Shown: positions 22,227 to 32,952 of the stretch, in pieces
Numbering within the stretch: position 1 is the first letter of the stretch
Layout of the letters: each line of letters begins with the position of its first letter
Assembly: GCA_049840735.1 (NCBI GenBank)
Contig: JASGJN010000013.1
Span: 416,001-480,000, forward strand
Origin: Anaeromyxobacter sp.
GTDB lineage: Bacteria; Myxococcota; Myxococcia; Myxococcales; Anaeromyxobacteraceae
Reading direction: 5' to 3'
Length of the DNA stretch: 64,000 bases
Program-made: the position numbers and the translations under genes
The notes under the pieces: generated by a model
What the model saw: only the letters and a program-made list of their open reading frames with translations
What the model was told of the DNA's origin: nothing
Database searches by the model: none

Positions 22227-25200
22227 TCACGCCGCCGCCGGGGCGGGCATCGCCCCGGGCTCCGGCTGCCCGGCGGCGGCGGGCTGCTCCAGCGCGGGCG
22301 GGAGGAGCAGGTAGAGCACCGGCGTCACCACCCGGGCCAGCAGCGTCGAGCTGACGAGGCCGCCCATCAGCACCACCGCCAGCGGCGAGTAGAGCGCCGA
22401 GGCCTCCAGCGCCAGCGGCAGCAGGCCGCCCAGCGCCGTGAGCGTGGTGAGCAGGATGGGGACGAAGCGGGTCTCGCCGGCCCGGCGCACCGCCTCCCGC
22501 AGCGGCACGCCCTCCTCGCGCAGCTGGTTCGTGAAGTCCACCAGCAGGATCGAGTTCTTCACCTCGATGCCCACCAGCGCCACGAAGCCGATGGAGGCGG
22601 TGAAGGAGAGCGTGTAGCCCGCCAGCCAGAGCCCGGCCAGCCCGCCCGCCACGCCCAGCGGGATCACCGAGGCCACGATCAGCGTGCTGCGGAAGGTGCG
22701 GAACTCCAGCACCAGCACGGCCAGCACGCCCACCGCGGCGATCACGATGGCGGTGCCCAGCCCGCCGAAGCTCTCGGCGCGGCTCTCCAGCTCGCCGGCC
22801 GGCACCACCTGGATCCCGTCCGGCCAGCGCTCGCCGGCCAGCCGCTCCAGCACGGCGCGGGTGACGCGGTCGGTGTTGTACCCCTCGCGCACCTGGGCGG
22901 TGACGGTGGCGCTGCGGATCCGGTCGGTCCGGAAGACGCTGGCCGGCGACGGCTCCAGGGACAGGTCCGCCACCTGCGCCAGCGGCACCGGGCCGGCGGC
23001 GCCGGGGAGGCGCAGCCGCTCCAGCACCTCCAGCGTGGGCCGGGGCCCGCCGGGCAGCGCGCTCCCGTCGGCGCGCGGCAGCGTCACGCGCACCTCGCGC
23101 GGCTGGTCGGCGCCGTCCTCGCGCCAGGTCCCGGCCACCACGCCGCCCACCGCCAGCCGCACCGCCCGGTCAACGTCCGGCACCGCCACGCCGGCCAGCG
23201 CCGCCCGGTCGCGGTCCACGCGGACCCGCAGGTCGCTCTTCCGGTCGCGGGTGGGGTTCCGCACGTAGCGCGTCCCCTCGGTGGCGACCAGGGCCGCCTC
23301 CACCCGCTCCGAGGCGGCCGCCAGCGCGGCCGGGTCGTCGCCCAGCACGCGGATGGCGATGGGCGCGTCCACCGGCGGCCCCTGCTCGAAGGGCATCACC
23401 TGCAGCTTGGCGCCCGGGTAGCCGGCCAGCTCGTCGCGCAGGGCGCGCTGGACGGCCTCGATCCGGGCGGTCTCGCGGGTGGTGAGCTCGACCAGCAGCT
23501 CCCCGGCGCTCGACTTCTCGTTGGCCTGGGGCACGTTGTAGTAGACGCGCGGGTTGCCCTTGCCCACGTTGGCCACCACCCGCTTCACCTCGGGGTGGCG
23601 CGCCAGCACCGCCTCCACGTGGCGCACCGCCCTGTCGGTCTCCGGGAGGCTGGCCCCCTCCGGCGCCTCCACCGTGATGCGGAACTGCGGCAGGCCGGCC
23701 TGCGGGAAGAGGCTGAACCCGATGGCCGGGACCAGCGCCAGGCTGGCGGCCACCAGCAGCCCGGCCACGCCCAGCGCCAGGACGGGGCGCGCCAGCGCCC
23801 GCTCCAGCACCGGCCGGAAGGAGCCCTCCACGAACCAGCTCATGGCGCGGAAGAACAGGTTGCCGTGCTCGCCGGCGCTCTCGAGCAGCCGGCTGGAGAG
23901 GAAGGGCACCACCGTGAGCGAGACCGCCAGCGAGGCCAGGATGGTGAAGACCACGGCCACCGGCAGGCTGCGGATGAAGAGGCCGGCCGCGCCGGGCAGC
24001 GCCAGCAGCGGCAGGAAGGCGAAGAGCAGCGTGGCCGTGCACCCCAGCACCGAGACGGTGATCTGGCGGGTGGCGCCGATGGCCGCCTCGCGCGGCGAGT
24101 GGCCCAGGCGGATCCAGCGGGTGATGTTCTCGACCACCACCACCGAGTCGTCCACCAGCAGCCCCAGCGCGATCACGAAGCCCACGATGGAGAGCTGGTT
24201 GATGGAGAAGCCGGTCAGGTGGAGGAGCGCCACCCCCAGCGCCAGCGAGAGCGGGATGGAGACCATCACCACCGCCGAGGCCCGGGTGCCCAGCGGCAGC
24301 AGGGTCACCAGCACCAGCAGGATGGCGATGATGAAGTCGCGCACGAAGCCGCGCAGCCGGTGGCCGACGTTCTCCGACTGGTCGAAGGCCGTCACCAGCC
24401 GCACCTCCGGCGGCAGCGTCGGCGCGAACCCCTCCAGCGCCTGGCCCATGGCCTCCCGCACGGCGAAGATGTTGCCGCCCGGCTTCATGTTGGCGGCCAC
24501 GCTGACCGCTCGCTCCCCGTCCAGCCGCACCAGGTGGACCGGCTCGGCGTCGCCGGCCGTCACCTCGGCCACGTCGCGCACGCGCACCGTCCGGCCGCCC
24601 GCCTGGCGCACCACCGTGTCGCGGATCTCGTCCACCGAGCGGTAGTCGCCGGTCGTCTTGACCGAGAGCTGGCGCGCCCCGGCGTCGATGGAGCCGGCCG
24701 GCACGGCCACCGCCCCGGCGCCCACCGCCGCGATCACCTCGCCGGGCGAGAGGCCCAGCGCCGCGGTCCGCTCCGGATCGACCGCCACGCGGACCTCCTG
24801 CGCCGGCAGCCCGTCCACCGCCACGTCCTTCACCCCCGGGACCGCCTGCAGCCGGTCGGTCAGGTCGCGGGCCAGCCGCTCCAGCTCGCGCCCGGTGGCG
24901 CGCGCCGAGACCAGCCCGACCTGCAGGACGTTCACCTCGGCGGCGTTGAACTCCTGGACGTCGAGCCGGACCAGCTGCGCCGGCAGCGAGGGGCGCAGCG
25001 CCGTCACCTCGCGCAGCACGTCGTCGCGCCGGCGGGCCGGGTCCGAGCCGGCGCTGAACTCGACCTGCAGCACCGCCACGCCGTCGTCGATGCGGGTGCG
25101 GGTCTTCTTGAGATCCGCGATGGTCTTGAGCCAATCCTCGATGGGCTGGGCCACCAGGCGCTCCAGGTCGAGCGGGGTCGCGCCCGGCAGCACCGCCACC

Positions 25201-25340
25201 ACGGCGAAGTTGGGGTAGTCGAAGGTCGGGTCCTCGGCCTTGGGGATGTCGAGCAGGGCGGCCAGGCCCAGCAGGAGCGCCCCCACGAAGAGGACCAGCG
25301 TGAACTGCCAGCGGCGGACGGAGAAGGCGGCGACGTGCAT
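22227..25340 (-). CDS. RND efflux permease (AcrB/CzcA family)
   Basis: 1037 aa; ALGLLVDDSVVVVENI, GIEVKNSILLVDF, RFVPILLTTLT. Confidence 0.95.
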   Translation of the reverse strand: MHVAAFSVRRWQFTLVLFVGALLLGLAALLDIPKAEDPTFDYPNFAVVAVLPGATPLDLERLVAQPIEDWLKTIADLKKTRTRIDDGVAVLQVEFSAGSDPARRRDDVLREVTALRPSLPAQLVRLDVQEFNAAEVNVLQVGLVSARATGRELERLARDLTDRLQAVPGVKDVAVDGLPAQEVRVAVDPERTAALGLSPGEVIAAVGAGAVAVPAGSIDAGARQLSVKTTGDYRSVDEIRDTVVRQAGGRTVRVRDVAEVTAGDAEPVHLVRLDGERAVSVAANMKPGGNIFAVREAMGQALEGFAPTLPPEVRLVTAFDQSENVGHRLRGFVRDFIIAILLVLVTLLPLGTRASAVVMVSIPLSLALGVALLHLTGFSINQLSIVGFVIALGLLVDDSVVVVENITRWIRLGHSPREAAIGATRQITVSVLGCTATLLFAFLPLLALPGAAGLFIRSLPVAVVFTILASLAVSLTVVPFLSSRLLESAGEHGNLFFRAMSWFVEGSFRPVLERALARPVLALGVAGLLVAASLALVPAIGFSLFPQAGLPQFRITVEAPEGASLPETDRAVRHVEAVLARHPEVKRVVANVGKGNPRVYYNVPQANEKSSAGELLVELTTRETARIEAVQRALRDELAGYPGAKLQVMPFEQGPPVDAPIAIRVLGDDPAALAAASERVEAALVATEGTRYVRNPTRDRKSDLRVRVDRDRAALAGVAVPDVDRAVRLAVGGVVAGTWREDGADQPREVRVTLPRADGSALPGGPRPTLEVLERLRLPGAAGPVPLAQVADLSLEPSPASVFRTDRIRSATVTAQVREGYNTDRVTRAVLERLAGERWPDGIQVVPAGELESRAESFGGLGTAIVIAAVGVLAVLVLEFRTFRSTLIVASVIPLGVAGGLAGLWLAGYTLSFTASIGFVALVGIEVKNSILLVDFTNQLREEGVPLREAVRRAGETRFVPILLTTLTALGGLLPLALEASALYSPLAVVLMGGLVSSTLLARVVTPVLYLLLPPALEQPAAAGQPEPGAMPAPAAA

Positions 25341-25355
25341 GACGGGCTCCCGGCG

Positions 25356-26411
25356 TTACTCGACCACCTGCACCGGGGCGCCGTCGGCCAGCCGCGCCGC
25401 GCCCTCCACCACCACCGAGGAGATCCCGCTGGGCCGCTCCGCCAGCACCGCCCGGTCCCCCTGCAGGAAGGCGATCCGGACCGGCACCCGCCGCGCCCGC
25501 CCGCCCTCCACCGTGAAGACCGCGCCCGTCGCCCCGTCGGCGTCCACCAGCGCCGCCAGCGGCACCGCCGCCGGGGCGTCCACGGTGCGCGGGATCTCCA
25601 GCTTGGCGGTCAGGCCGCCCAGCAGGTCGGGCGCGGCGGCGGGGTCGAGCCGCACCTCCACCTCGTAGGTGCCGGTGCCGCGCGTGGCGGAGCGGGCGAT
25701 CTCCGCCAGCGTGCCGGCGATGGCCCGGCCGGGCCGGGCGTCCACGGTGACGGTGGCCGGCTGGCCCGGGCGGAGCCCCAGCACGTCGCGATCCGGCAGG
25801 CTGGCCCGCACCACCCACCCCTGGCCGCGGCCGCTCACCCGCACGATGGGCTGGCCGGCGGCGACCACCTCGCCCGGCTCGGCCAGGCGCGCCTCCGCCC
25901 AGCCGTCGTCCGGCGCCACCAGCGCGGCGCGCCGCAGGTTGAAGGCCGCCGCGTCGGCGGCCGCGCGCGCCACGCGAGCGCCGGTCTCGGCGTCCTCCAG
26001 CGTGGCCCGCGCCACCACGTCGGCCTCGGCCAGCGCCCGGGCCCGGACCAGGTCGCGCTCGGCCTTGGCCAGCGCCTCGCGGGCCTGGGCGGCCCCGGCC
26101 GCCACCTCGGTGTCGTCCAGCAGCGCCAGCACCTGCCCGCGGCGGACGCGCTGCCCCTCGCGCACGTCCACCCGGGCCACCACCCCGCCCACCTTGAAGG
26201 CCAGCGCCCGCTCGTCCCGCGGCGCCACCGTGGCGGCGGCGCGGACCGGGCGGTCCACCGGGCCGCCGGCCAGCGGGAGCGCGCGGACCGGGATGGCCGG
26301 ATCGGCCGGGGCGGCCTGGTCGGCGCGCGAGGCGGAGCAGCCGGCGGCGGCCAGCGCGGCGAGGGCGAGGGCGGTGAGGACGGCGGTGCGGCGGGCGGCG
26401 AGGTGCGGCAT
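25356..26411 (-). CDS. RND periplasmic adaptor (membrane fusion lipoprotein)
   Basis: AAGC lipobox; LAFKVGGVVARVDVREGQRVRRGQVLA; LVAPDDG. Confidence 0.92.
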   Translation of the reverse strand: MPHLAARRTAVLTALALAALAAAGCSASRADQAAPADPAIPVRALPLAGGPVDRPVRAAATVAPRDERALAFKVGGVVARVDVREGQRVRRGQVLALLDDTEVAAGAAQAREALAKAERDLVRARALAEADVVARATLEDAETGARVARAAADAAAFNLRRAALVAPDDGWAEARLAEPGEVVAAGQPIVRVSGRGQGWVVRASLPDRDVLGLRPGQPATVTVDARPGRAIAGTLAEIARSATRGTGTYEVEVRLDPAAAPDLLGGLTAKLEIPRTVDAPAAVPLAALVDADGATGAVFTVEGGRARRVPVRIAFLQGDRAVLAERPSGISSVVVEGAARLADGAPVQVVE

Positions 26412-26438
26412 GGACGGCTCCCGGGGCTGGGCCCCTGA

Positions 26439-26501
26439 TGTGAGCGGTGCTCACAAAGTGAACGCCGCTAACTTGCACGCCCATGTAATCGGTGTCAACA
26501 T
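26439..26501. promoter_or_regulatory. Three related 17-bp operator-like palindromes (probable TetR sites)
   Basis: TGTGAGCggtGCTCACA 26439-26455; AGTGAACgccGCTAACT 26457-26473; TGTAATCggtGTCAACA 26484-26500, between divergent MFP and tetR. Confidence 0.7.
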
Positions 26502-27232
26502 GCGAACCGTGACAAAGGCCGGCGCACCCCATCGGGAGAGCTACCACCACGGCGATCTGCGGAACGCCCTGGTCGAGGCGGCGGAGCGGCTGGTGGCGCG
26601 CCACGGTCCGGAGGGCTTCAGCCTCCGCGAGGCGGCCCGCGACGTGGGCGTCTCGCCGGCCGCGGCCTACCGGCACTTCGCCGACAAGACCGCGCTCCTG
26701 ACCGCGCTGGCGGTGGAGGGGCACGCCCGGCTGGCCGGCGCCATGGAGAGGGCCAGGGCCCGCGCCCCCGCCGCCGGCACGCCGGCGGCCCGCGCCGTGG
26801 CCGCCTTCGTCGCCATCGGCGACGCCTACGTCGAGTTCGCGGTGAAGCACCCGTCGCACTTCCGCGTGATGTTCGGGCCGGCGCTGTCGCCGGAGTGCTT
26901 CAGCGCCCAGGCCGAGGACACCGGCGCCGATCCGTACCAGAATCCTCTCCGGCACGCTGGACGGGCTGGTGGCCGCCAAGGTCGTCAAGCCCGAGCGGCG
27001 CGCCGGGGCGGAGCTGGTGGCCTGGTCGGCGGTGCACGGGCTGGCCTCGCTGGTGGTGGACGGGGCCTTGCCGCTGGACGCGGCCCAGCTCCCGGCGGTG
27101 TCCCGCCTGGTGGGCCGGAACCTCCTGGCGGGGCTGGGCTGCGACCCCGCCCTGCTCCCCAAGGGCGTGCCGCTGCCCGAGCTCGACCCGCGGCAGCGCG
27201 GGGCGGCTGACGCGCCCTGCAAGCCGCGGTAG
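26500..27232 (+). CDS. TetR/AcrR regulator (WHG-type C-terminus); apparent frameshift at ~26942
   Basis: YHHGDLRNAL, FSLREAARDVGVSPAAAYRHFADK, AWSAVHGLASL; shift at GAATC 26940-26944. Confidence 0.9.
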
Positions 27233-27243
27233 ATCGTGGCGGC

Positions 27244-29127
27244 ATGTCCCGCCGCCGCGCCGCGCTGCTCGCCTCCGTCGCCTCCCTCGTCGCGCTGCTC
27301 CTGCTGGGCGCCGCGCTGCTGCGGCGCGCGCCCGCCCCGGCCACCGCGCCCGCGCCGCCCCTGGCCGGCGCCGCGGCCGCTGCGCCCGCGGCGACGCCGC
27401 CGCCCCCGCCGCCCTCCGGCCTCCCCATCCGGCTGCCGGCCGCCCCGCCCGCCCCGGCCGACGACGCGCCGGGCACGTTCGAGGGGCGCGTGGTGTCGAG
27501 CGGCAGCGGCGCCGGCATCGGCGGGGCCGAGCTCACCTTCTCGCGCGCCGGCGCGGCCGCCACGGTGCGGACCGGGCCCGACGGCGCCTTCCTCTTCCAG
27601 CCGCCGGCGGAGGGGCGCTGGCTATTGGCCTCGGCCACCGCCCCCGGCCACTTCCCCTTCGCGCCGGAGTGGGGCCACAGCCCGGTGCAGCTGGACGCCG
27701 CGCGCGGCCGCCACGTGCGCGGGATCGAGCTGCAGCTCGCGCCGGAGGTGGCGCTGGAGGGGCGCGTGCTGGACGGGGACGGGCAGCCGGTCGCCGGGGC
27801 CGAGGTCCGGCTGCTGGGCGCGGCCGCCGAGGCGGCGCTGGTGCGCATCCCCGACCGCTTCACCAGCGACGCGGCCGGCGCCTTCCGCTTCGCGGCGCCG
27901 GAGGGGACGGTGGTGGAGGCCCGCAAGGCCGGGTTCCTCCCCGCGCGCGAGGCGGTGACGCCGCTGGTGCTGGTCAACGGCAAGCTGGAGCTCTGGCTGG
28001 AGCCGCGGCGCGGTCCGCCGCCGGGGCCGGCCGCGGCGGTGACCGGCCAGGTGGTGGCGCGCGGCGGGCAGCCCCTGGCCGAGGCGCTGGTGGTGGCGCA
28101 GGGGCAGCGCGGCTTCGGGCTGACCGACGCCCCCGCCGCGCAGGCGCTGACCGGGGAGGATGGGCGCTTCCGGCTGGAGCTGGAGCCGGGCCGTTACCGG
28201 CTCACCGCGCGCGCCGAGGGGTACGCGCAGGCCAGCGCGAACGGCGTGACGCCGGGCGGGCCGGAGGTGGTGCTGACGCTGGACGACGGCGGACGGCTGG
28301 CCGGGTGCGTCCGCGACGCCAGCGGCGGGCCGGTCACCCCCTTCACCGTGCTGGTCTTCGAGCGGCGCAGCGCGCTCCGCCTGGTGGAGCAGCGCAGCCG
28401 CTCGGTGATCGACCCGGCCGGCTGCTTCGCGCTCGACGACCTCACGCCGGGGCCGGCCTCGGTGGTCGTCTCGGCCCCCGGGCGCGCGCCCTCCGACGCG
28501 CTGCGGGTGGAGATCCCGCCGCCGCCGGGCGAGGCGCGGCTGGACGTGGCGCTGGAGGCGGGGGGCGTGCTCACCGGCGTGGTGCGGGACGACGCCACCT
28601 CCGCGCCGCTGGCCGGGGCGCGCCTCTCGGTGGAGGGGGACCTGGCCGCGGCCTCGACGTTCCCGGTGCTCTCGGAGGCGGTGACCGGGCCGGACGGCCG
28701 CTTCACGCTGACCGGCCTGCCGCGCCGGGTCTCGGTCTACGCCGCCGCGGCCGGCCACCACGCGCGCATCCTGGGCGGCGTGGACGTACCGCCCGGCGCG
28801 CCGGTGGGCCCGGTGGAGCTGCGGCTCCGGCCCACCGCGCCGGGCGAGGCGCCGCGGGTGGATCTGGCCGGGATCGGGATCGTCATCGCCCCGCACGGCG
28901 ACACGCTGGGCGTGGCCTCGGTGGTGGCGGGCGGCGGCGCGGCGGAGGTGGGGCTCCAGCCGGGCGATCTGATCGTCGAGGTCAACGGCCAGCGCGTGGA
29001 CGACCTGGGGATGACCGCGGCGGTGGACGCCATCCGCGGCCCGGAGGGGACCTTCGTGCTGCTCTCGGTCCGCAGGGGTGATCGCACGCTGGAGTTCCGC
29101 GTGCCGCGCCGGATCGTGCGGGGCTGA
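27244..29127 (+). CDS. Membrane-anchored protein with carboxypeptidase-regulatory-like (transthyretin-fold) repeats and a C-terminal PDZ
   Basis: Repeated GRV..G.PVAGA.V / TG.DG.F; AGIGIVI..GLQPGDLIVEVNG..IRGPEGT. Confidence 0.8.
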   Translation: MSRRRAALLASVASLVALLLLGAALLRRAPAPATAPAPPLAGAAAAAPAATPPPPPPSGLPIRLPAAPPAPADDAPGTFEGRVVSSGSGAGIGGAELTFSRAGAAATVRTGPDGAFLFQPPAEGRWLLASATAPGHFPFAPEWGHSPVQLDAARGRHVRGIELQLAPEVALEGRVLDGDGQPVAGAEVRLLGAAAEAALVRIPDRFTSDAAGAFRFAAPEGTVVEARKAGFLPAREAVTPLVLVNGKLELWLEPRRGPPPGPAAAVTGQVVARGGQPLAEALVVAQGQRGFGLTDAPAAQALTGEDGRFRLELEPGRYRLTARAEGYAQASANGVTPGGPEVVLTLDDGGRLAGCVRDASGGPVTPFTVLVFERRSALRLVEQRSRSVIDPAGCFALDDLTPGPASVVVSAPGRAPSDALRVEIPPPPGEARLDVALEAGGVLTGVVRDDATSAPLAGARLSVEGDLAAASTFPVLSEAVTGPDGRFTLTGLPRRVSVYAAAAGHHARILGGVDVPPGAPVGPVELRLRPTAPGEAPRVDLAGIGIVIAPHGDTLGVASVVAGGGAAEVGLQPGDLIVEVNGQRVDDLGMTAAVDAIRGPEGTFVLLSVRRGDRTLEFRVPRRIVRG

Positions 29128-29185
29128 AGCGGCGCGGGCCGGGGAGCGCCCCCGGCCCGGCCGCCCGCTGGACGCGGGAGCGCTG

Positions 29186-30025
29186 CTACTTCCCGTAGCC
29201 CTCCTGATCCTGGCCGCCGGAGCTTGAGCCGGTGCCGGCGTGGGACGCGCCGGTGGCCTGGGCGCCGCCGTGCTTCAGCGACTTCTCGATCTGCCTGGCC
29301 TTGTCCAGGTGGCCCTGCATGGTGGTCTCGGTGGTCTGGAGGAAGGTGGCCAGCTCCGGGTTGCTCTTCTGCGCCGCCTTGGCCAGCTTCCCGACCTCCT
29401 TCGTGTCCTTCTCGTGATCCTTCACCATGTGTGACATGAAGGCCTTGTCGAACTCGGCGCCGGACTTGCCGTGCACCTTCTGCATGGCCTTCTGCGACTC
29501 CTGCTGCTTGTCATCGAACCCCTTGCCGGTCAGCGAGGCGCCGGCCGTCTGGGCCAGCTGCTGGAGCTGCTGATCGTTCTGCCCGTGGTCGTCCACCATC
29601 TGCTGCGCGAAGGCCTTCACCTGCTCGTCCTGCGCCATCGAGACGCCCATCTGGCCCATCTGCACCTCGGCCTGGTTGGCCGCGTGGAGCTTGGCCAGCC
29701 CGTCGCTCAGCTTCTTGTCCACCTTGCCGGTCGCGCTCGAGCCGGTGGTGGCGCCGCCGGTGTCCGAGGTGCTGCCGGTGTTCGAGCTGCCGGTGCTGCT
29801 CGCGCCCGAGCTCATGTCGGTGGCCTTGTCACCCGGCGAGGCCTCGGCGCCGTGGGTGCCGGTCTGGCGACCGGAGGCCGCCCCGGACGAGCCGGTCCCG
29901 GTGCCCGTCCCGGACGATCCCGCGCCCGTCCCGCCCCCCGTCCCGCCGGACTGCCCCCAGGCCGGCCCGGCCAAGGCCAGGGCCGCAACCGCCGCCGCAA
30001 TTCCCCACCGCTCCAGGCTCTTCAT
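29186..30025 (-). CDS. Secreted DUF4142-domain protein with G/S/T-rich linker
   Basis: Signal peptide; EVQMGQMG..VKAFAQQMVDDHG..GAEFDKAFMSHMVKDHEK. Confidence 0.8.
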   Translation of the reverse strand: MKSLERWGIAAAVAALALAGPAWGQSGGTGGGTGAGSSGTGTGTGSSGAASGRQTGTHGAEASPGDKATDMSSGASSTGSSNTGSTSDTGGATTGSSATGKVDKKLSDGLAKLHAANQAEVQMGQMGVSMAQDEQVKAFAQQMVDDHGQNDQQLQQLAQTAGASLTGKGFDDKQQESQKAMQKVHGKSGAEFDKAFMSHMVKDHEKDTKEVGKLAKAAQKSNPELATFLQTTETTMQGHLDKARQIEKSLKHGGAQATGASHAGTGSSSGGQDQEGYGK

Positions 30026-30229
30026 ATGTGTGTTCCCCCGTCCCATTTTCCGGAGCCGTCATCGCTCGGCGTGAAAGTGGGATCCGGGCGGGGCAACGGC
30101 ACGGGACACGCATGCGGCCCCCCGCCGCGCCTTCGTCCGGTGGACCGCCCGGGCGGCGAGGGAGCTTGCGAGGACCGCGGCGCCGGGGCCCTTCACCCCC
30201 CACGCCGGGCTGTGCTACGGGTTTCGGCC

Positions 30230-30592
30230 ATGGACTTCGACGAGACCCGGGTCGGGGGCGATCCGCAGGCGGTCGGGCGCGTGGCCACGGTGAAGGCGGC
30301 GCTGGTGGTGGTCCACTCGCCGGACAAGGCCGAGGCCGGCCGGCGCTACCCGCTCGGCGACGAGGACCTCACGCTCGGGCGCGAGGCGACCAACACCGTG
30401 GTGATCGCCTCGGACCAGGCCTCGCGCCGGCACGCCCGCATCTTCGTGTCGGGCGGGGCGCACGTGCTGGTGGACCAGGAGTCCACCAACGGCACCTTCC
30501 TCAACTCGAAGCTGGTGAAGGAGCAGACGCTCCGCCATGGCGACGTGGTCCGCATCGCCTCGACGGTGCTGAAGTACGTCGTGGAGGGGTAG
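30230..30592 (+). CDS. Stand-alone FHA-domain protein
   Basis: LGR, ASRRHA, STNGTFLN, LRHGDVVRI. Confidence 0.9.
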   Translation: MDFDETRVGGDPQAVGRVATVKAALVVVHSPDKAEAGRRYPLGDEDLTLGREATNTVVIASDQASRRHARIFVSGGAHVLVDQESTNGTFLNSKLVKEQTLRHGDVVRIASTVLKYVVEG

Positions 30593-30603
30593 GCCTCGCC
30601 GGC

Positions 30604-31158
30604 CTACATGAACCCGAGCTGCAGCTTGGCCGCCTCGCTCATGCGCGAGGGGTCCCAGGGCGGGTCGAACACCAGCTCCACCTGCGCGTCCTTCACGCCG
30701 GGCACGCCCAGCACCTTGCGCCGGACGTCGTCCACCAGCACCGGGCCGATGCCGCAGCCGGGGGCGGTGAGCGTCATGGCCACCAGCACCTTCTGGCCGC
30801 CCTCCACCGGCTCGGCCGCCACCTGGTAGACCAGCCCCAGCTCCACGATCGAGGCCGGGATCTCCGGGTCGTAGACGGTGGCCAGCGCGTCCCAGACCTG
30901 CTGCTCCTCGAACGGCCCCTCCACCGCCGCGTGGGCCTCGTGGAACCTCCGCGCCTCCTCCTCGAACTCCGGCCCCAGCGCGTCGGCGTCCTTCCCGTCG
31001 ATGCGGGCCAGGCCGCCCATCTCGGTCATCACCGTGAACTGGCCGCCCAGCGCCTGCTGGACCACCAGCCAGGAGCCGGCGGGCATGAGCACGTGCTCGC
31101 CGCTCGGGACCAGCACGGCCTCGACGTCCCTCAGGGTGTTGGCAGGTGTGCGCTTCAT
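30604..31158 (-). CDS. sufT: Fe-S assembly protein SufT (DUF59)
   Basis: QALGGQFTV, VYDPEIP, MTLTAPGCG, FDPPW. Confidence 0.92.
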   Translation of the reverse strand: MKRTPANTLRDVEAVLVPSGEHVLMPAGSWLVVQQALGGQFTVMTEMGGLARIDGKDADALGPEFEEEARRFHEAHAAVEGPFEEQQVWDALATVYDPEIPASIVELGLVYQVAAEPVEGGQKVLVAMTLTAPGCGIGPVLVDDVRRKVLGVPGVKDAQVELVFDPPWDPSRMSEAAKLQLGFM

Positions 31159-31164
31159 GGCGGG

Positions 31165-31615
31165 CTACTCCGTGGAGACCGGCGCCTGGGACCCGGCCAG
31201 CGCGTGCTTGAGCGCGTGCCAGGCCAGCGCCGCGCACTTCACGCGGGTGGGGTAGTCGTGCACGCCACCGAAGACGGCCAGCTTGCCGAGCGTCTCCTCG
31301 TCGCCCGGGCGCGGCCCCTCGGTGACCAGCTGGTGGAACTTCTCGAAGAGGGCGTCGATTCTCCGGGCCGGTCTTGCCCTTCACCGCGCCGGTCATGACC
31401 GAGGCGGAGGCCTTGGAGATGGCGCAGCCGCTCCCCTCGAACTTCACCTCCTGCACCACGCCGCCCTCGACGCGGGCGTGGATGGTGAAGTGGTCGCCGC
31501 AGAGCGGGTTGAGCCCCTCGGCCCGGTGGGTCTCGGTGGCGAGCGGGCCGAAGTTGCGCGGCCGCTTGCCGTGGTCGAGCACCACCTCCTGGTAGAGATC
31601 CGTGAGTTCGGACAT
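31165..31615 (-). CDS. sufU: SUF-system NifU-family protein; apparent frameshift at ~31359
   Basis: LYQEVVLDH, NPLCGD, GSGCAISKASAS, PTRVKCAALAWH; shift at GATTC 31357-31361. Confidence 0.92.
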
Positions 31616-31666
31616 GTCAGATCGAGGGGCTGCGCCCCTCCCCCACCCTGCATTCCAGGTTCGTCC

Positions 31667-32952
31667 TCACGCGAACAGCTCCCGTGCGCGGTCCAAGGCC
31701 CGCAGCAGCGCGTCCAGGTCCGCGCGCGTGGTGTAGGCGGCCAGCGAGGCCCGCGCGGTGGCGGCCACGCCGTAGCGCTGCATGACCGGCTGCGCGCAGT
31801 GGTGGCCGGCCCGGATGGCCACGCCCTGCCGGTCGAGGATGGTGGCGAGGTCGTGCGGGTGGACGTCGCCCAGCAGGAAGGAGACCGCCCCGGCGCGCGC
31901 CCGCGGCGTGCCCACCAGCCGGACGTCCGGCATGGCCCGGAGCGCCGCCACCAGCTCCTCCAGCAGCGCGTGCTCGTGGGCGGCGATGGCCTGCAGCCCG
32001 ACCCCGCCCACCCAGTCCACGGCCGCGCCCAGCCCGATGGCCCCCTCGATGTGCGGCGTGCCGGCCTCGAACTTGTAGGGCAGGTCGTTGAAGGTGGTCT
32101 TCTCGAAGCTGACCGAGAGGATCATGTCCCCGCCGCCCTGCCAGGGCGGGAGCGCCTCCAGGAGCTCGCGCCGGCCCCACAGCACGCCGATGCCGGTGGG
32201 GCCGTAGAGCTTGTGGCCGGAGAAGGCGTAGAAGTCCGCGCCCAGCGCCGCCACGTCGGCGCCCAGGTGCGGAGCGCCCTGCGCCCCGTCCACCAGCACC
32301 GCCGCGCCGCGCGCGCGGGCCAGCGGGATGATCTGCGCCAGCGGGTTGACGGTGCCGAGCGCGTTGGAGACCTGCGCGATGGCCAGGAGCCTCGTCCGCG
32401 GGCCCAGCAGGCCGTCCAGCCTGTCCAGGTCCAGCTCGCCGGCGTCCGTTAGCGGGAGCACCGTCAGCCTGGCCCCGCGCTCCTGGCAGATGAGCTGCCA
32501 GGGCACGATGTTGGAGTGGTGCTCCATCCCGGTGACCAGCACCTCGTCCCCCGGCCCGAGCCGCTGCCGGCCGAAGGTCTGGGCCACCAGGTTGATGGCC
32601 TCGGTGGTGCCGCGGGTGAAGATCACCTCGTGCGGATCGGCGCGCCCAGGAAGCGGGCCACCTTGACCCGCGCCCCCTCGTAGGCGCGCGTCGCCACCTC
32701 GGAGAGCCAGTGCACGCCGCGGTGGACGTTGGCGTTCTCCTCCTCGTAGTAGCGGCGGACCGCGTCGATGACGGCCTGCGGCTTCTGCGTGGTGGCCGCG
32801 TTGTCGAGGTAGGCGAGCGGCTGGCCGCGCACCGGCCGCGCCAGGATGGGGAACTGGGCGCGGATGGCCTCGGCGTCGTAGGGCGCGCCCGGCCGGGCCG
32901 GGGCGCGCACCGGCCCGTGGGGCGCCAGGCGCTCGGGGGACGCGAAGCTCAT
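31667..32952 (-). CDS. sufS: Cysteine desulfurase; apparent frameshift at ~32640
   Basis: [36 protein letters not shown]. Confidence 0.95.
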
